This document shows positions 39,101 through 53,900 of a stretch of 64,000 bases of DNA, in pieces. Under the pieces are notes generated by a model. It saw only the letters and a list, made by a program, of their open reading frames with translations, was not told where the DNA came from and made no database searches. The stretch is taken from the NCBI GenBank assembly GCA_965637545.1, contig OZ281496.1, positions 25,358,001 through 25,422,000 of the forward strand. Reading direction: 5' to 3'. Numbering within the stretch: the stretch's first letter is position 1; each line of letters begins with the position of its first letter. The DNA comes from Phallusia mammillata. Lineage: Eukaryota. Position numbers and translations under genes: made by a program.

Positions 39101-41117
39101 GTATGTGGAAACGAAAGTACCCGGTCATTTATTCTTATCACTTATCTTCATTTCATGCTTCCTAAGTTTATATTCCATATGCTAGCTATACAATATTTCC
39201 CTCATGACAAATGTTTAAGAGATATGATGTAAATGTTTCTAGCATAAGTTGTATTTGTTGCTCAGAATTCCATGTAAGGTCAACTCTGGTTGCGCACACA
39301 ATTTATAATGCCATGCTAGACTGATAGTAAAAGGGTATTCGTCCCTGGTGCAACAGCCCCCCAGCAAACATTCAAAGTTAAATAAATCACCTCTCATTTC
39401 GACGAATCATGACAAATTGTTTTGCCTCTTTTGGGAATTCCCCTCTTCATAATGTTGAAACGTTTTTTTTTTTTTTCGGTCTATTGTTGAACGGTTTTTT
39501 TAAAGTGCGTACGGCAGTGGTTTCCAAACGGGAAGGAATTTAAAAGATAATTTTAAATTACTTTGATTTGTACATGTGGTTTATAAATAGGAAATTCAGC
39601 TTTCGAAATATAACCTGTGAAGTTGATAATAGACCCGATTTTAGATGATCTCTTCTATGGTTTAGCATCCACTATATAATATACTATGTAGTCTATTGGG
39701 GGGAATAAAAATGTTTTGTGTTTTAAAGCGAGGAAATTGTCGATAAAGGTAGACAACCACTGGCAAATGGGTTTAATATAAAGATTCCAAAACACGGAAA
39801 TTGCATAATCTATAACGAATAGGGTCAACAGCGGTGAGCCCTAGCGCCATTGTTAACCTTTGCAAAAGGAAATCGACTTTAACGGCTTTTACAACGACCG
39901 CGTATCGCTTTCAGCAAATTTGCTAAAAACAGTTCACACGTGCTTTGGTTTACGTAAAAGCGTGCGTTCTTAAACACTTTACTATGACTTTCCCACTGTG
40001 ACCTGTATAACCTTTTTTGCTGCAAACTTTTCGCAATGCAAGTTTGTTCCTATCGTTGCATTCATAGCTTTCTAAAAGCTGCATAAGTCAAATTACTTCT
40101 GTCTCTGTTTGTCATAATAATGACTGAACTTATTGTCGTGTCCACTATAATATGACTGCTTAGGTACAACCAGATCCTGTATAAACCACTTAATGTTTTT
40201 TTCACTCGGTAATAGCCTGTCCTAAACTCAATCGTTTAACTTTAACGCAACGGAATAATTTGCTTTTAGTGTTAAAAAATGCACACTATTCAAACTTGTC
40301 GCTTAAAAGTTAAGTCATTACAAAAGTGAAGGTTCATTCCTGGCCAAACTACTCATTTATCGATTTGAAGTCACAAAAAAATGATTTAAAAGTGATTAAT
40401 GCGATAACAAGAATTCTGCTTCACTTCATCGGAATACGTGTTAACTTATTTGTTCTCGGATTTCAAAGGCGTGTCCAAGTGGCCCAACCTTTACTGCGGT
40501 TGGTCGTTTGAGAATAAATTTCATCTCTAACCTAATAATGAAATATGGTTTGATTTATGGCTGCACCGACTGTGCAGGTAACTGTCTTTTTTAGAAACCT
40601 AATATTAATGCGGTCAACAAAGATCCATTTAGCTATTGAACTAAACCTAAAATACCGAAAGTAGAAACTAAAGTAAGTCCGGTTCGGGTTAGGTTCGGGC
40701 TTAATAAGAGTCTGACTACACTCCACATTATTTGAACCGCAATTTTCCGAACTTCCGTGCATAATTTAGACATTGTTTTTAAAAACAATTCGAGTTCGGG
40801 ACCGTTTACAAGTCTGGTGGAAACGTGCACCTTGAGTGTTTCAATCACATGACAATCTAATGCAATTCAGTTCAATTATATGCTAAATTTGTGATACAAT
40901 AGGCACTGTCAGCTTTTAATCAAGCATGGCCCTTTGGAGTTGCGAAACTACATACGCTTACACTTAACAGGTTTAAGTTATCCCCTTGCGTCTATATAGC
41001 CCGATTTTCCTTGGCATTTAAATTAAACTTCCATTATTTATGTTATATGGCCAGTTTGTTTATAACACTGTCTCTTACTCCAAAAGTAACCTTTTGTACT
41101 GATACAACGTTCTAGGT

Positions 41118-42041
41118 CAGGGGTGGGGAACCTTCTGTTTATAAAGGCCACCAAACGGTTTATCGACACTCGTGCAGGTCGCATAGACTATTTCGCAGGC
41201 CAAGGACAGTGATGTTCAAACTAGTGATGCACCGAACCCGCCTAAAAAGGTTCGGGCCGAAACCGAATATTCGGCCATGAGGCCGAATAATTTCGGCCGA
41301 ATCAGGCCGAACCTAAAATCCCCGTTTTTTGGATGGTTTCAACTGAACCTTGTGTTGTTGATGCGAATGAACTCAATTTTGACAAACTAAAATCACTTTC
41401 ACACTGGGTAAACTTTGCTAAACATCTAATATTTTGCAGACAACGTGGCTGGTATTTCATAGATACAACAAATAGTTAATTAATGATGTTTCGTATGCGC
41501 GTAAATGAAATTTAAGGCCTTAATTCAATGCAATAAAAAAGTTCGGTTTCGGCCGAATTTTAAAAAAAGTTCGGGCCGAAACCGATACATTGGAAAACAG
41601 CGGATTCGGCCGAAATGTTTCGGCCAACCGAAACTTCGGTGCATCACTAGTTCAAACTTTTTGACTTACAGAATGGTCATTTTGCTATTTCCTCGTAGTT
41701 TGTAGGTCCAAACTGATTAAAATCCCTCACTACATTTTCATCTTCACTACAACATTCAGGATTTATTTAACCTAGAAATTGAACCTGGAGTTTTTGGTAG
41801 TCCTATGGAAATCGCCTTATGTACCACTATGGGACCATTGGTCTTGTTTGAAAAACGCTGCCCTCGAACTAATCAAATAGTAATGTGGAATAAAGTCAAA
41901 AATACGTTTCTGTCTATTTTTTTCAGCGTCTGGTGTAGTCTGTTATATCAACATCCTAAAAATGTATTTTGCCATCCAAGGCCGCACTTATTGCCCTAAA
42001 AGGCCGCATGTGGCCTTTAGGCCGCAGGTTCCCCACCCCTG
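41118..42041. mobile_element. Non-autonomous hAT element interrupted by a nested MITE
   Basis: TIRs CAGGGGTGGGGAACCT / AGGTTCCCCACCCCTG; perfect TSD TTCTAGGT. Confidence 0.92.
41222..41649. mobile_element. Nested hAT-type MITE of a second family
   Basis: TIRs TAGTGATGCACCGAA / TTCGGTGCATCACTA; perfect TSD GTTCAAAC; many CCGAA/TTCGG subterminal motifs. Confidence 0.92.
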
Positions 42042-44970
42042 TTCTAGGTATTCATACGTGTTGAGCCAAGTTATCTTATTCCCACAAACCGTAGCTGCAA
42101 ACAACATAAGGTGTCCACGTGTTTGCGGCTTGCCTGGGGTGTTTATATACAGTAAAAGTCATATGTTACTGTTCGTCTGTGTTAAGGGTCGGCTTATAAG
42201 GCGTGAAGTTTTGAACGTCTGTTGATATGCATCAAACTTGCCCTCTAGCGCAAGTAAGAGGTTATGGCTACATGAACGTCCAAGCACGTAAGCCTTGTCT
42301 TAAAAATGCAAATTTGTGGCTTGAATTCTGTGTTAAGCTAAATACCGTGAAATTTGTGCAATTATTTTACGCGCGAGTTTGAAATTATATTTAGCTCATG
42401 TATACAGTATGTGAAAGTTTGGATGTAGGCCTCAGAGTCGAGCCTGCTTCCTATCTTGTTCCGTCAAAACACAGCTCTTTCCAAACTACAACGTCTTGTG
42501 GTTAAATGTGGCTCTTTAAATCACTTGTGCTGATAACACATGAAAGGTATCAGCACTATTATGTTTCAGGTTTTGGGGCCTGAAAGTTGCAACTTGCGTT
42601 CTCTTAACTCGCAAGCTTTAAATATTGTTGTAATGCTTCATCTGTCTTGAATTGACATTTAAACTCTACTAATACAACGACACAAAGAATCAAAGAAACA
42701 TACTTTACAAATATTCATTTCAAATGACTTACTCCAGCTTTCCTTGTCTCGTAATAACTCTTGCAAACTGATAAAAGTTTCTCTTGTACTTGCTTTTTTA
42801 TTGGGTTTATCAGTTTCGTCAGTAATCGTTTTTTAGATCATGCGGTCACGGCATTTTCAGATGATTTTATGATCTTGCACATTAAGTCCAATTATGACGG
42901 TGTATGGCGTAAATTTTCCCCAAATTGCCCTTTTCTGATGTAGGTGATCATCAACATTCAGTATAGGATGACAAAATGCAGAAATGTACTTTGTACTGTT
43001 GGCTGTGTAGAATCTCAAACAGTTTACCACTAAAACTTTTTTCACATTTGCCAATTATTGGGGTGACAAGTATTTATGTAACAATGATCAATAGGGGAAC
43101 AATTTTTATTAGCCCATTGCTGTGAGTGCAACCATTAGCCTTAAACAGAATTTTTAAGTTCATAAATGTACTTCACTACATACACTCTATCTTTGTGAAG
43201 TGGAAATATCTAAACGTATTTTTATTTTAGGGACCCTGCTTTCACAAAACTGACGGCATAAGAAAACATCTGGTATATCACATAGGTATGTGGAAAGCGG
43301 CTTCTCTAGTTTTACGCGAATATTTTCTAAAGAGGACTAATTTATTCACTCGTTTAAGCCAGGCTTTGGACTAATTCCAATTTAAGGTTTTTAATGTCGG
43401 TAAAGCATTTAGGTTAAGACTAACGCCTACATGAGCCTTACCTTTACTCCTGCGGTATATTAATAAGATTGGTATTGTCAGCGGGTGGCGCTCATGGGTA
43501 TCATTTTGATCAAGCCTTGTTGTTGAAAAGTTTCTTACCAATCCCCAATAGAGGTTATAAAATCCATCCTGCGTAAATGTCAGATTGTCGAGTAGATTGC
43601 ATGTTGGGCTTTGGATGTCACCTGATCCCTGTAAATCAGGTGCTGATTTGCAAACTTAAATCAACCATGGGTTTTGGGGTTCAAATCATATCCTCTTGAA
43701 GTTCAAATTATTTCCTACTTTAAATCAGAACGCAGCATTTCGATCAATGCAGTCATGTTATTGACAATTGAAGACAGCGCTCAGGTTGGCTCCTGCTATG
43801 CAATTAATTTTCGTCCCGCATTAACATTTCACGTTCCACATTCCATTATCACTGTAACTTAGTTGGTAGGGTTACAACGACTGCGGTGGTATCTTAAGTT
43901 GTGTAGCATGTACTTCGATGCTAAATTTTTTTTTGAAACTCGTTCAGAAGGCTCTAACTTCGCAGCGCACCTCTTTTTGCAATTGTTCTAGTCAAGTAGT
44001 TTGTAGCTACTGAACGTTGTTACGCATTAAGCAAACCAGTGATTCTTAACTTTTTTCTCTGTCGGCGCCCAGAGACAACCAACCAGTTCTCGCACTGGCC
44101 TTTCGTATTTTAAACTAAGTATCATTTCCTAATCCCATTGATTCTGTTTCCATGCACCCAAAGGTACACCTGTCGTACCCCTGGTTAAGATCCTCCGCGC
44201 AAAACATCCGAAGTTACTTCCTCCAAACACACAACTTCAGTCCTACGTTGTTATTTTCATGTTCTGCATCTAAACTTAAATTAACGTTGGTTTCAAAGCC
44301 TTCTTTGTGCTTTTTGAACATAATTAAACAGCGGTGCCATGTCCAGGGTTTGTTTTATTATTATAATGCATGGCTGCGCGTGTACAAAGCAAAAACAAAA
44401 CTTTTTCAATAGGTATTTACATATATCGCATTGTTTCGGCTGTTAATGTGTTCTTCCCTTGCATGGATAGCTAGGCTGCACAAAACAATAAAAAAGCAAA
44501 AAAGAAAACGTAAGACTGTGCTTAAATTACAATAGTTTTCTTTCACATATAAAGCTAACAACTTATTACTTTAAACGAAAACGACTTTGTTTTTGCTAGA
44601 TGGGCAGTTATTCATGGATTTGCGTACTGTGCAGAAAAATGGCGAAGTACACGCTTTTGTAAAGCGAGGTGGACATCCAAAACGTTTTAATACTTTAGCT
44701 TTCGATATGTGACAGCTTTGTAAGCCACAAACAAGCAACAAAACTAAACGACGCATTTTTTGTCTCCCGATTTGCTCCGTGTGATTCTGTGGCATTGAAA
44801 AACTAAAGTCAATTAGAAATGAAACAATAAAGAACTGAAAAAAATTTCCACAAAAAAAACATATGGCCAGCACAGCGTTATCAACACGAGTTTAAAGAAG
44901 CGGCCAGTTCCGGCAGAAAGCTGGCAGCTTTTACGAAGTCCATCCCCTTCCATAGTCAATTTATCCCTTA

Positions 44971-47900
44971 TCACTCTCCTAACGTACAAGTCTTCTGATT
45001 AAACTTTTTCTCCATCTTCTTGAGCAACTTGTTCTTTTTGTCCCACTTGTGGATGACGGTCACTAGCAGCTTCCTATTCACTTTGCGTCCCATCACAAGG
45101 AAAGCAACCTTCTTCTTTTTTCCTTTTCTCTTTTTTCCTTTTTTGTCTCCTTTCTTCGAAACGAGATCGTCAACTTGCGGACAGTCGCACCTTCTGCTAC
45201 TTGGAATGCTGAGCTTGAGATACTTGCGTTTCAGATCTCGATCCTTTAATGGCCCTTGCTTGTAAACCGTTCGCTTCTTTTTCTTGAATCTGATTTGACG
45301 TTTGGAACCTTTGCCCGAAATCTTTAGCTTGTTGAAGTAGGCCTTGAACACTGAATAAAAGAAATGTAATCGTCAACAAGGAAGTCATTCTAAATATAAA
45401 AAACAATTTTATTTTTAGCTTGTTTTGGGTTTCAAAAAGTGCTAAATGAGTGCATTTTGGTTGGAGTTTTTATTGGATGTTCCCATTTCAAAGATGTTTA
45501 CGGTGCGTTGAACAGGTCAAATACCAGACAAATCAACTTGATTTAACAGCTATTAATATAATCACTTCCTACGGACGTTTAAACCCTGCAAGAATGTCTA
45601 TGAAACCTTTAAGCTACTGGCAGGGTAGCATATTTGAGTTGAAATAATGCGCTTGTATATTGTTTGGGAAACACAAACATTTAGCGCGGCCTTAAAACCA
45701 CCGCGTCCTTGTCGAATTTTCGACCACCTGCTGCGAACACCTCATTAGGCACTTCTGATTAGCGTGAAAACTCGGTAGAACAAGTTTCACCATCAATCCG
45801 GTTTCTGTTTGTTCACACACCACAGCTCACAACAAGAGCATCTGGGGTTAAATCGTTTCATAGTCAAGAACCAGATTTTTTGTCTTGTGCAAGTGCTTTT
45901 TGCTTTGTGTACGGAAAACTAGTGTCAGAGGGTTGTTTGGCGAAGTGATACAGCCATTCGTGTGCATGAGCAGAGAGTGTGTCGCCCCAAAACACTGCCG
46001 GGGTTAGGAGCCAGGCCACAACTGCTGTGTGCAAATGTTTCGGAAACATTTTCGTGTGCCTGGTTTGCAAGCCCACCCACACAAGGTGTGAAAGTCGATA
46101 TGCTGAGCATTTGTTAAAAAATTGACACTTGACAATCGATAATATTTGTGGACTTAGCATTTCCACTGTTAGTGTTTGCCTTGCTGCTTGACCGATGGCC
46201 CCTGTACACGGCAAAATGGATGCCTGAAGGAATGTTAAAAGCTTGTTAACTTAGTAACAGTTTGCCCCTATAACAGTTTTTTACTCTGCCACCTACGTGC
46301 CTGTTGATTTAAATAACGTTTTATTTCAGTGTTATTTATTCTCATACGTGCGAAAAATCACTCACAGATGGAAATATAAGACCCATTACAAGAACCAAGT
46401 ACTTGAGAATTTAGAAGCCCACAAACCTTGTATAGGAATTGTCCACTTAAAACTGTGGTGGGGCGTTGGTTATTTTTTGAACCATTCGTTCCGAAATAGC
46501 CCACGTAGAGATATACTGGATAGGCAACGTATGCTTTTGGAGTGTTTACTACTTACATGATTGACACCCTGCCCATAAAGGAATTCTAGTTTTAATAAGC
46601 GCTAGTCCTGAGTATTCCCGCAGGTGGGTTTTAAAATTGGGGCAAGGCATCTGTGGAAATGGTGCCTTGGGGGCCGTAATCAAGCCCCAGGGGTGACTTT
46701 CTCCGAGCAGAGGGCGCCAGGGTCGCACCTCGCCCCAAAAAATGAAACCCAAAACGGGGACGGTGTATTTTTAGCGCCCGATTTTCAACGAGGCGCGGTG
46801 ACGCTTGTCCGCCTCCTTTGCGACATAAGCATAATATCCGGTGCAGGGGTCACGAATTTACGTGACAAACGGCGGGTTTTGGGGTTGCGTGACCGCCGCA
46901 GGAACATTCGACGCCGCCCTTCGCGTGCGGAAGACAGCCACTTGTTGAGATTTGGAGGACTCGGTGGCGTGTATAGATACATTTTACCCCACTAGGTTTT
47001 AGTGTGAAGTGTCGGTCGTATATGGGGTATAGAAGTTTCATTTCGTGTTTTGTTTGTCGTTGACTCCTGTTTAATAGGTCAAACCGTAAACTGGGCGTTG
47101 ACGCACGAACGAACTTTAGGAAGCAACTTCAGAGCGATTAAATTTCTTGTTTCGTTGATAAAACTTTTCAAAGTCGAAATTTTTTAAATCGAAAGATAGT
47201 CAATTTTATTTAAGAAAAGTTATTCAAGGCAGTTTAGCTGTTTAAAATTAGGGGATATGCGTTCAAAATAGAAAACATTTTTTAATTAATGCATTTTTAC
47301 AAGATAGTTGTATACAACTCATCCGCATTAAACTATTTCGCAATGATTAAAACCTTTTCCTTATTAGTCGATTCATATTCTACACACGCATACAATTTCC
47401 ATCTTTGATAAACATGTGCAAGGTGACCAATGTTTATCTGCTAGAATACCTCGGGCATCTCAGTAACGATAAAGCATCAAACATGGCCCTAACCGTGTCA
47501 AGGCTATGCCAGGTGAGAAAAACCACAGAAATTTGGGCGAGTTAACCACCAAGCGATCGGTCTCCATTTTTTCGCCAACTTGGACAGCAAACCTTCTGCC
47601 TACGGTTAGCTAATTGCTTGTGGTGTTGTTGTTAGCATTAGCAGCACGTGCCATTTATGCTTTATAGGGGAAACTGAACAGGTTTTGTTTGTGTAGCGCT
47701 TGGGCGTAAAACGGATCGGGGTTTTTGACAAGTTAGCATCCCAGGTGCAAATTTTTTAGCAACGCCATTTTTTTATTTAACAAACACTGGAGACATTCAA
47801 AGAAGGCTATCATAATCACATGACAATTTTTACGTTTTTTAACATTTTAGCGCTGTCAACCCTGTTAACCCTGTTTATATAGTATTACCAAGTTTCCTAA

Positions 47901-50900
47901 GTTTGCCTTTTTGGTATTACGATCGTCTTTTGTTTTTGCTTACCCACTGCAAAATCCCATATCTTAAGCCTGCTCAAAAGATGGATATGACTACGGAAGC
48001 ACGGTTATTAACAGCTCACTGGGTAAGCTAAACACTATGTACATTCCAGATCAGGCGTTTCTCCCCTTTTTGCCCCTGCCCGATAGTGTAAATTGCTGTT
48101 AAAATCTCGAAAGCGTAAACAAATTGCGTACAAGTTCACATAAATGGAAATTGTCACCAAATGGGTTTTGCAAACGGATTTTGATTATGGCTGTGATTGG
48201 GCACTGGTACATACCAGAAGTCATATAGGCAACACTTATTGGTCCACTAATATCCTGTTAAAATTTTACAGTGGTTGTCATTTGTCGAACTTCGTATCCA
48301 TGCAAACACTTCCTATCTAGTTATCTCAGAACCATTTTTAACCCGCTCCCGGACAGGGGAAATGCTCCAGACAGCTTAAGCTTGTCAGGCCTTCACCGCA
48401 GGAACGCTAATATCCTTGCTTCGCTTCGAGGGTATAGAAACAAAAGCGCAGGTTGCTTTCATGTTCAAGGCAACGCTATTACCCCTTACCACCTCTGCAT
48501 TATAAACCGATTCTAAACAATGCAATACCGTCTGCAGTTTTGCCAAGGTACATGTATTTATACACGCTTTAATACATTAGAGCCTCAATTTTTAGCTTTG
48601 AACTGAACAATCCCTGTTGTTTGGTCTGTTTGTGTAAAGATTCATGACTGAAGCCGGACCTAAGTTTAGGGATGTTCGTGTTCAGCTAAAGCTACACCTG
48701 TGTCTTTTAGTGTGGGGCCAAGTTTTTTTTTATGTCGACGTGCATAACTTTTTGTAGGAAACACTTTTTGCATAATTACATTCAAGATTGTCGCTCTTCT
48801 GGCAAAACTATTGGCTATAACAGCCGTAGACTGGGTTGCTTGCAGAAGAATAACCATCATTTTAATGTAATGACATAGTTTATGCGAGTTGTGATTAGTT
48901 GCCACGAATCAAAGTGTTAATTTACTTCATTAGGCTGTGTATTAAGCTTCTCTTTTCTTGTGATATCTCTTGCATGGAATGTTAAAATGCTTGTCTGTAA
49001 GTGTTGGTCGTGGGAAATGCGAAACGTTTAATCACTCGTTATCTTAAGTGACAATGAGTCAAAAATTTTTCACAGAAAGGTTTAATGTACACATATGTTT
49101 ATTTTGTTAACACATTAACAGATGAAGTTTGACGACATTGGCTTGATTAATGTGCAGCAACCTTAAACCTGGCTTCCGACTTATCCAAGTGGGTGCCGTT
49201 GACAAATGCCTTTGAACGTTGCGATGCCTGATTAATGTGCTTATTCTACGTCAGAGCTGAAAGTGCCCTTGTTGGTTTGCCTTGTCTAGACTGGCGGGGG
49301 CTTCTGTGGTATACGGGATGTGGTCTACATTATCACACCAGTGTCTCAAGTAGACCTGCTGGAAAATATTTGCCTATTGCGCTTTGGGTTCTTTAATGTT
49401 GATTTGCTTTTTACGCTTTTACAACATGAAAAGTCAACCTAATTTGATTGTTAACCTTGACTTAATTGAGGTTTTGGTTGGTTTGAAGTTTTCCGATAAG
49501 CCTAACGGGATGTTAATTGGATTCTGCGGTAATGAGTGGTTATTTGTGGCGATATTTATTTTTAAAATTTGATTTTTTAAGAAATGCCACGAACAGTGGT
49601 TGTTTTGTGTAGAGGAAGTCAACATCCCTTGGATGTTAATTTTTATCCGGGCATTTTTAGTTATTAGTGGATATTTGTGGTAACCGATGTCGGTCATTTG
49701 CACTAATGATATACGGTCTTGGTACTATCAACGATCGAGGTTCAATCGAGGTACTTCCTTGTAACCCCGTTAAAAGTCAGATATGTCGCCCTATTTACAT
49801 TCCGTTGTCTGGAATACGCGTTGTTAAATGATGATCCTAAGCGTCAAAATTTCCGCCCAAGATAATGAATATACATAACATTTACAAGTCTTTACGCCAA
49901 ACGGTTTCCATGCGTTGCGACGGGACAATATTTTCCACAGTCGGTTCATATTTTAGCCTAAAGGCTACGGAGTAAACCACCAAGGACAAGCCCATTAAAA
50001 CATACACGTTCCCCTTTACGTAGCACTTCGACATTTTCGGGACAATGCTTCTGCGGTCTAATGTGCGCAATGCCTAGACGTGATAACATTTATCCCTATT
50101 CGCTATTGGATATCCATCACCAATTGATACCCAATTGATCATTGCGTTCTGTGACATAACGCTGAGCCAAGTCCAATATTTGGTTCTGATTCAGTCGGCG
50201 GTGGCTGTACTCTCGTGTGTTGTGCCGTCTGGGAAATCAATCTTGTTTTGGGGTGATTCACTACATTGTTGGTTTATTACGGCGACTGGCGAGGTATTAG
50301 AGTTCAGAATATCGTATAACTTATGTTTAAATTGAAAGGATTTCAACCATTATTGGTCTTGATTGGTTAAAGACATCGTGCAATAAGTTGGCTATCAATT
50401 CGTTCTACTATATTTAAACAGGAAATCACAGATTTAAGTCTGTAATATAGTTTAAATAAGACTTCCCATATGGCCCAAAATGACAAGTGGTTTATAGGTC
50501 TTTTGATCAAGATTGGCTTGGAAAACGTGTTGGGTGTAATGTGTATTTTGTAATGTTCAATGGTATCCTTTGTAAACATGACTTTGAACTGCCATTGCCT
50601 TCCTTGTTCATTATACTTTCTGCGTATGCGTATGTCCAATAAACGTTCACGTTTTTTGGCATGGCACAATTTCACCAGTTTGCAGGTAAAACAAAAATGT
50701 TAAGCACGTTTTCCTATCCATCCCTTGAATAATGTTTTGGATTATTCTTACGGCTCCAAAAATGGGATACGGCCCTTTAGTCACACTCTAGTATTGTTTA
50801 TTTGGCAATCAACCTGTTTTCGTGATGCCAAGCCCTCATTTACGTCAAACTATCAAAAGATTCTATCTTATGCCTAAATCAACTCTAAGCAGTCCAGGCA

Positions 50901-53900
50901 GCGCAAAATGTGACAAATTTTGAGTGAAATATATCACCTGTGGTCGTTTATCAAGACGTAAAAGCGTAAGACATCCAGGGCTGTTCGATCTTATCTCTTT
51001 AACCATTGTCTAGCATTGTAAGTCCGTGCGTAGGCGACACATCAGGCTTATATGACCGTTATGTTTGTTTGCTGTTTGGGAGTTTGCTACAACGCCTATC
51101 GCCATCGAATATATTCAATAATGTTCTTTGTACGGTTGACATACGAGTAACGACTTCAGCAATTTTTAGACCACAATGGGCACATTTGAGCATTTGGTCA
51201 AAATGAAGAATCCACATGTTAAAAAAAAACGTTTTTGAGATCACAATGTGTCGTGGAATGCGACGCGAATTGAATATTCAAGTTATGTAATCGCAAATTG
51301 GTTTTCTCCTAACTGCGGTGGTTTGATAAAGGGTTTTGATATTGCTGTATTGTGTTCCATATGTCCGTGTTTGCGCAGTAAATGGGAGGAGTTCTTGTGG
51401 CTTTTTTGACAGGTTTTGGTCCCAGTCTAGCGGCAGAAATGTTACAATTTTCTCCCAAACCGACCGTGTAATCTTTTGTGGTGAAATATAATTGCACACT
51501 TGTGGCAAACGACCACAAGCACGACTGCTGTGAACTGCGGTATACATAGAACCCATAAAAAATGGTGTACTTACTGAATTCGCTTGCACAGAAGTTGTCC
51601 ACGACTGTGTTGTCCAATGGAGTCGTACACGGTGCGCAAATTCCGCCTGTTAAAACAAAAATCTTTGTTAGGATGCGGCCTAGCGTTAGTTTTTAATGTT
51701 GTCTTGTCAAACGATGTGTCTGTTTTACGGGTGTTACCGTAACAATAATTAAGCATCTTTTCTTAAAATCGGCCAGGCCAATAATTGATCTAGATACATT
51801 ATTCATGTAGGGTTGTTACCTTGTTTTTACTACAATAGAATGCAAACAATTGTCTGAAGACTTTTTCTATACATCAGACATTTGTTCACAAAACTAAGTA
51901 AAACTGCAGGGCATACGATATCTAGGCTGAGCAGGAGTAGATACAGCACAATATGTTTGAAAAGGTGCCTAATGGTCTAAATTTGGAATAAAAACGACCA
52001 AGGTTTATGTGCATCTTTCACGTTTCAAGTGTTTGTTTGTCAAGTATTTTTTGCGTTGTATGTTGCTTGATCTAAAGAGTGACCGATTTTCAGGAAGCGG
52101 AAATACTTTGTTGACAGCGTTACAACATAACTGTGGCTAATAGGGTCTCACGTGGCATCAGAACCAAAAATTTACCCGTAATTAGCGAGCAAGATAACAT
52201 CCAAAGATCGCGAAAACGCGAGAGATCGGCGACTATCTTTATATCGCCATAAACTTTCACAAAGTAGGTGCAGACGCTTTGTGACCCTCATGAAATCTCA
52301 TCAAAATCAAGCATCAATTTGGATCTGGTTTGCCTAAGGCAGCCCGTCAACAGTCTCGAAGCTAATGTCCTTGTTTTTAGTGACGTAATGTGTTGAAAAT
52401 ACGATACCATCTTTGAGCCACAAGTAACAGTTTTCCTGTCTACGATTCCGACACCTAGGTGTTGTACGATAATCGAACGATACCGTAGGATACAATGGTA
52501 ACTTTGTTCTAATTGTGTACATGCCAAATTCGCTTTCGAGTGATTATCACTGCTGATTTCTCTGCCCCTGAAACTTGTAATTAGGTCCGATAGCCCTTAG
52601 TACGAGTTAGCTCGTAAATTTCAAAACCATGAACAGACACGGTGTGCTAGAGAGTGTACTATGTGTTTGAATGCCAGTACCATTTAAATATGCTATTATA
52701 TGCGCAAAATTGAAACAATTTTATTATTACGAATTTAATAGTACCTTTAAACATGATTTTATGAGCATCGGTTTCTTATTCTACTATAGAGGACACGGTT
52801 TTGCTTTTGGGCAATTACTTTTTACTGTAACTTATAATGAAGCACGTCTATGACAGATCTGTGCTGAGAAGGGCACTAAAAACGTGGTATAGTTCTTTGT
52901 GGATGTTAAAGCTTACAACACAGAAATTGCACAAAGACGTGATTCTACCAGTAACAAAGGACCACCAATCATTTGTTAGCGTTAATTAACACCTTCTACG
53001 CCGTAACGGTGTTTTCATCGATTAAAATCTAATCAACATGTAGCGTGACCCTTGGACCTTTCCCTTCATTTGTTTTACCAAAAACGTATTAAATTCGCGG
53101 TTGCTAACTTTTTAACGCGCCACACACGAGTTCTGATTTGTGGCAAGCGAGCCAGCAAACAATCAACGCTCATAATCTGTTTTCGCTTTGCCGCTATAGA
53201 TTAGCCGATTTTATCGAGATCCGACTCGTAGGCCCGAGGCGTCTGAACGAGAGACGACGAGTGATTTTTCTGTGTTGCCAGCAAGCTCATTAGTGTTAGT
53301 GTGTTAGCAATGTGTCGACAGCTCTTCTTGCTTCCGGAAGAATTAGCGCCGCACAAACATTTACACCGTAACACCAAGTTCATTCAGCCCTTATACTTTC
53401 TGTAGGCTGTTGGCTGCTGCAAATTTACCCTCTTTCATATTGGTGTTTAAGCATACAGGGGTCGCAAAATCATAATATTTGGAAACACGTTTATCTGTCA
53501 AGATTCCACAAACTAAAACGAAAATGCGAGTGTTTTCATTCATATTAAAGGCCTATGGTGGAGAAAAACCTTGGCAAATGTGCAAACCATTAGCTCTTGT
53601 GGGTCACTGTACAGAAGTTGCACGGATGGGAAATATGCGAGTGTTTTTTTTTCGAATATTTTAGGTCTCTCTATGGGTAAATTTATTCTTGGAAAAACAA
53701 AAAAGTCGCACCCAGTAGCACCACAAAAGTTACCACCCAAAACACACAAAAAAGAAAATACCCAACATACTTGCTTCTGACTCGTTGCGTGGGTCGCCCA
53801 GGCCACCTATGAAATACACCAGAGAAAAAGGTTGAATACCGGCTCCTTGTAACACCACAAATGCATGCGAAAGGCAGTAAATCCCACTCAAGGTGTAAAC

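Noticed and set aside
42733-43628. Exon-like minus-strand segments 43539-43628 (open, phase 0-0) and 42733-42767
   Set aside because: Splice signals are decent, but there is no start, homology or coherent product; may be chance or non-coding read-through downstream of sFRP.
47880-47888. TAGTATTAC circovirus origin nonanucleotide
   Set aside because: No flanking stem-loop and no Rep-like ORF; a chance match is plausible in 64 kb of AT-rich DNA.
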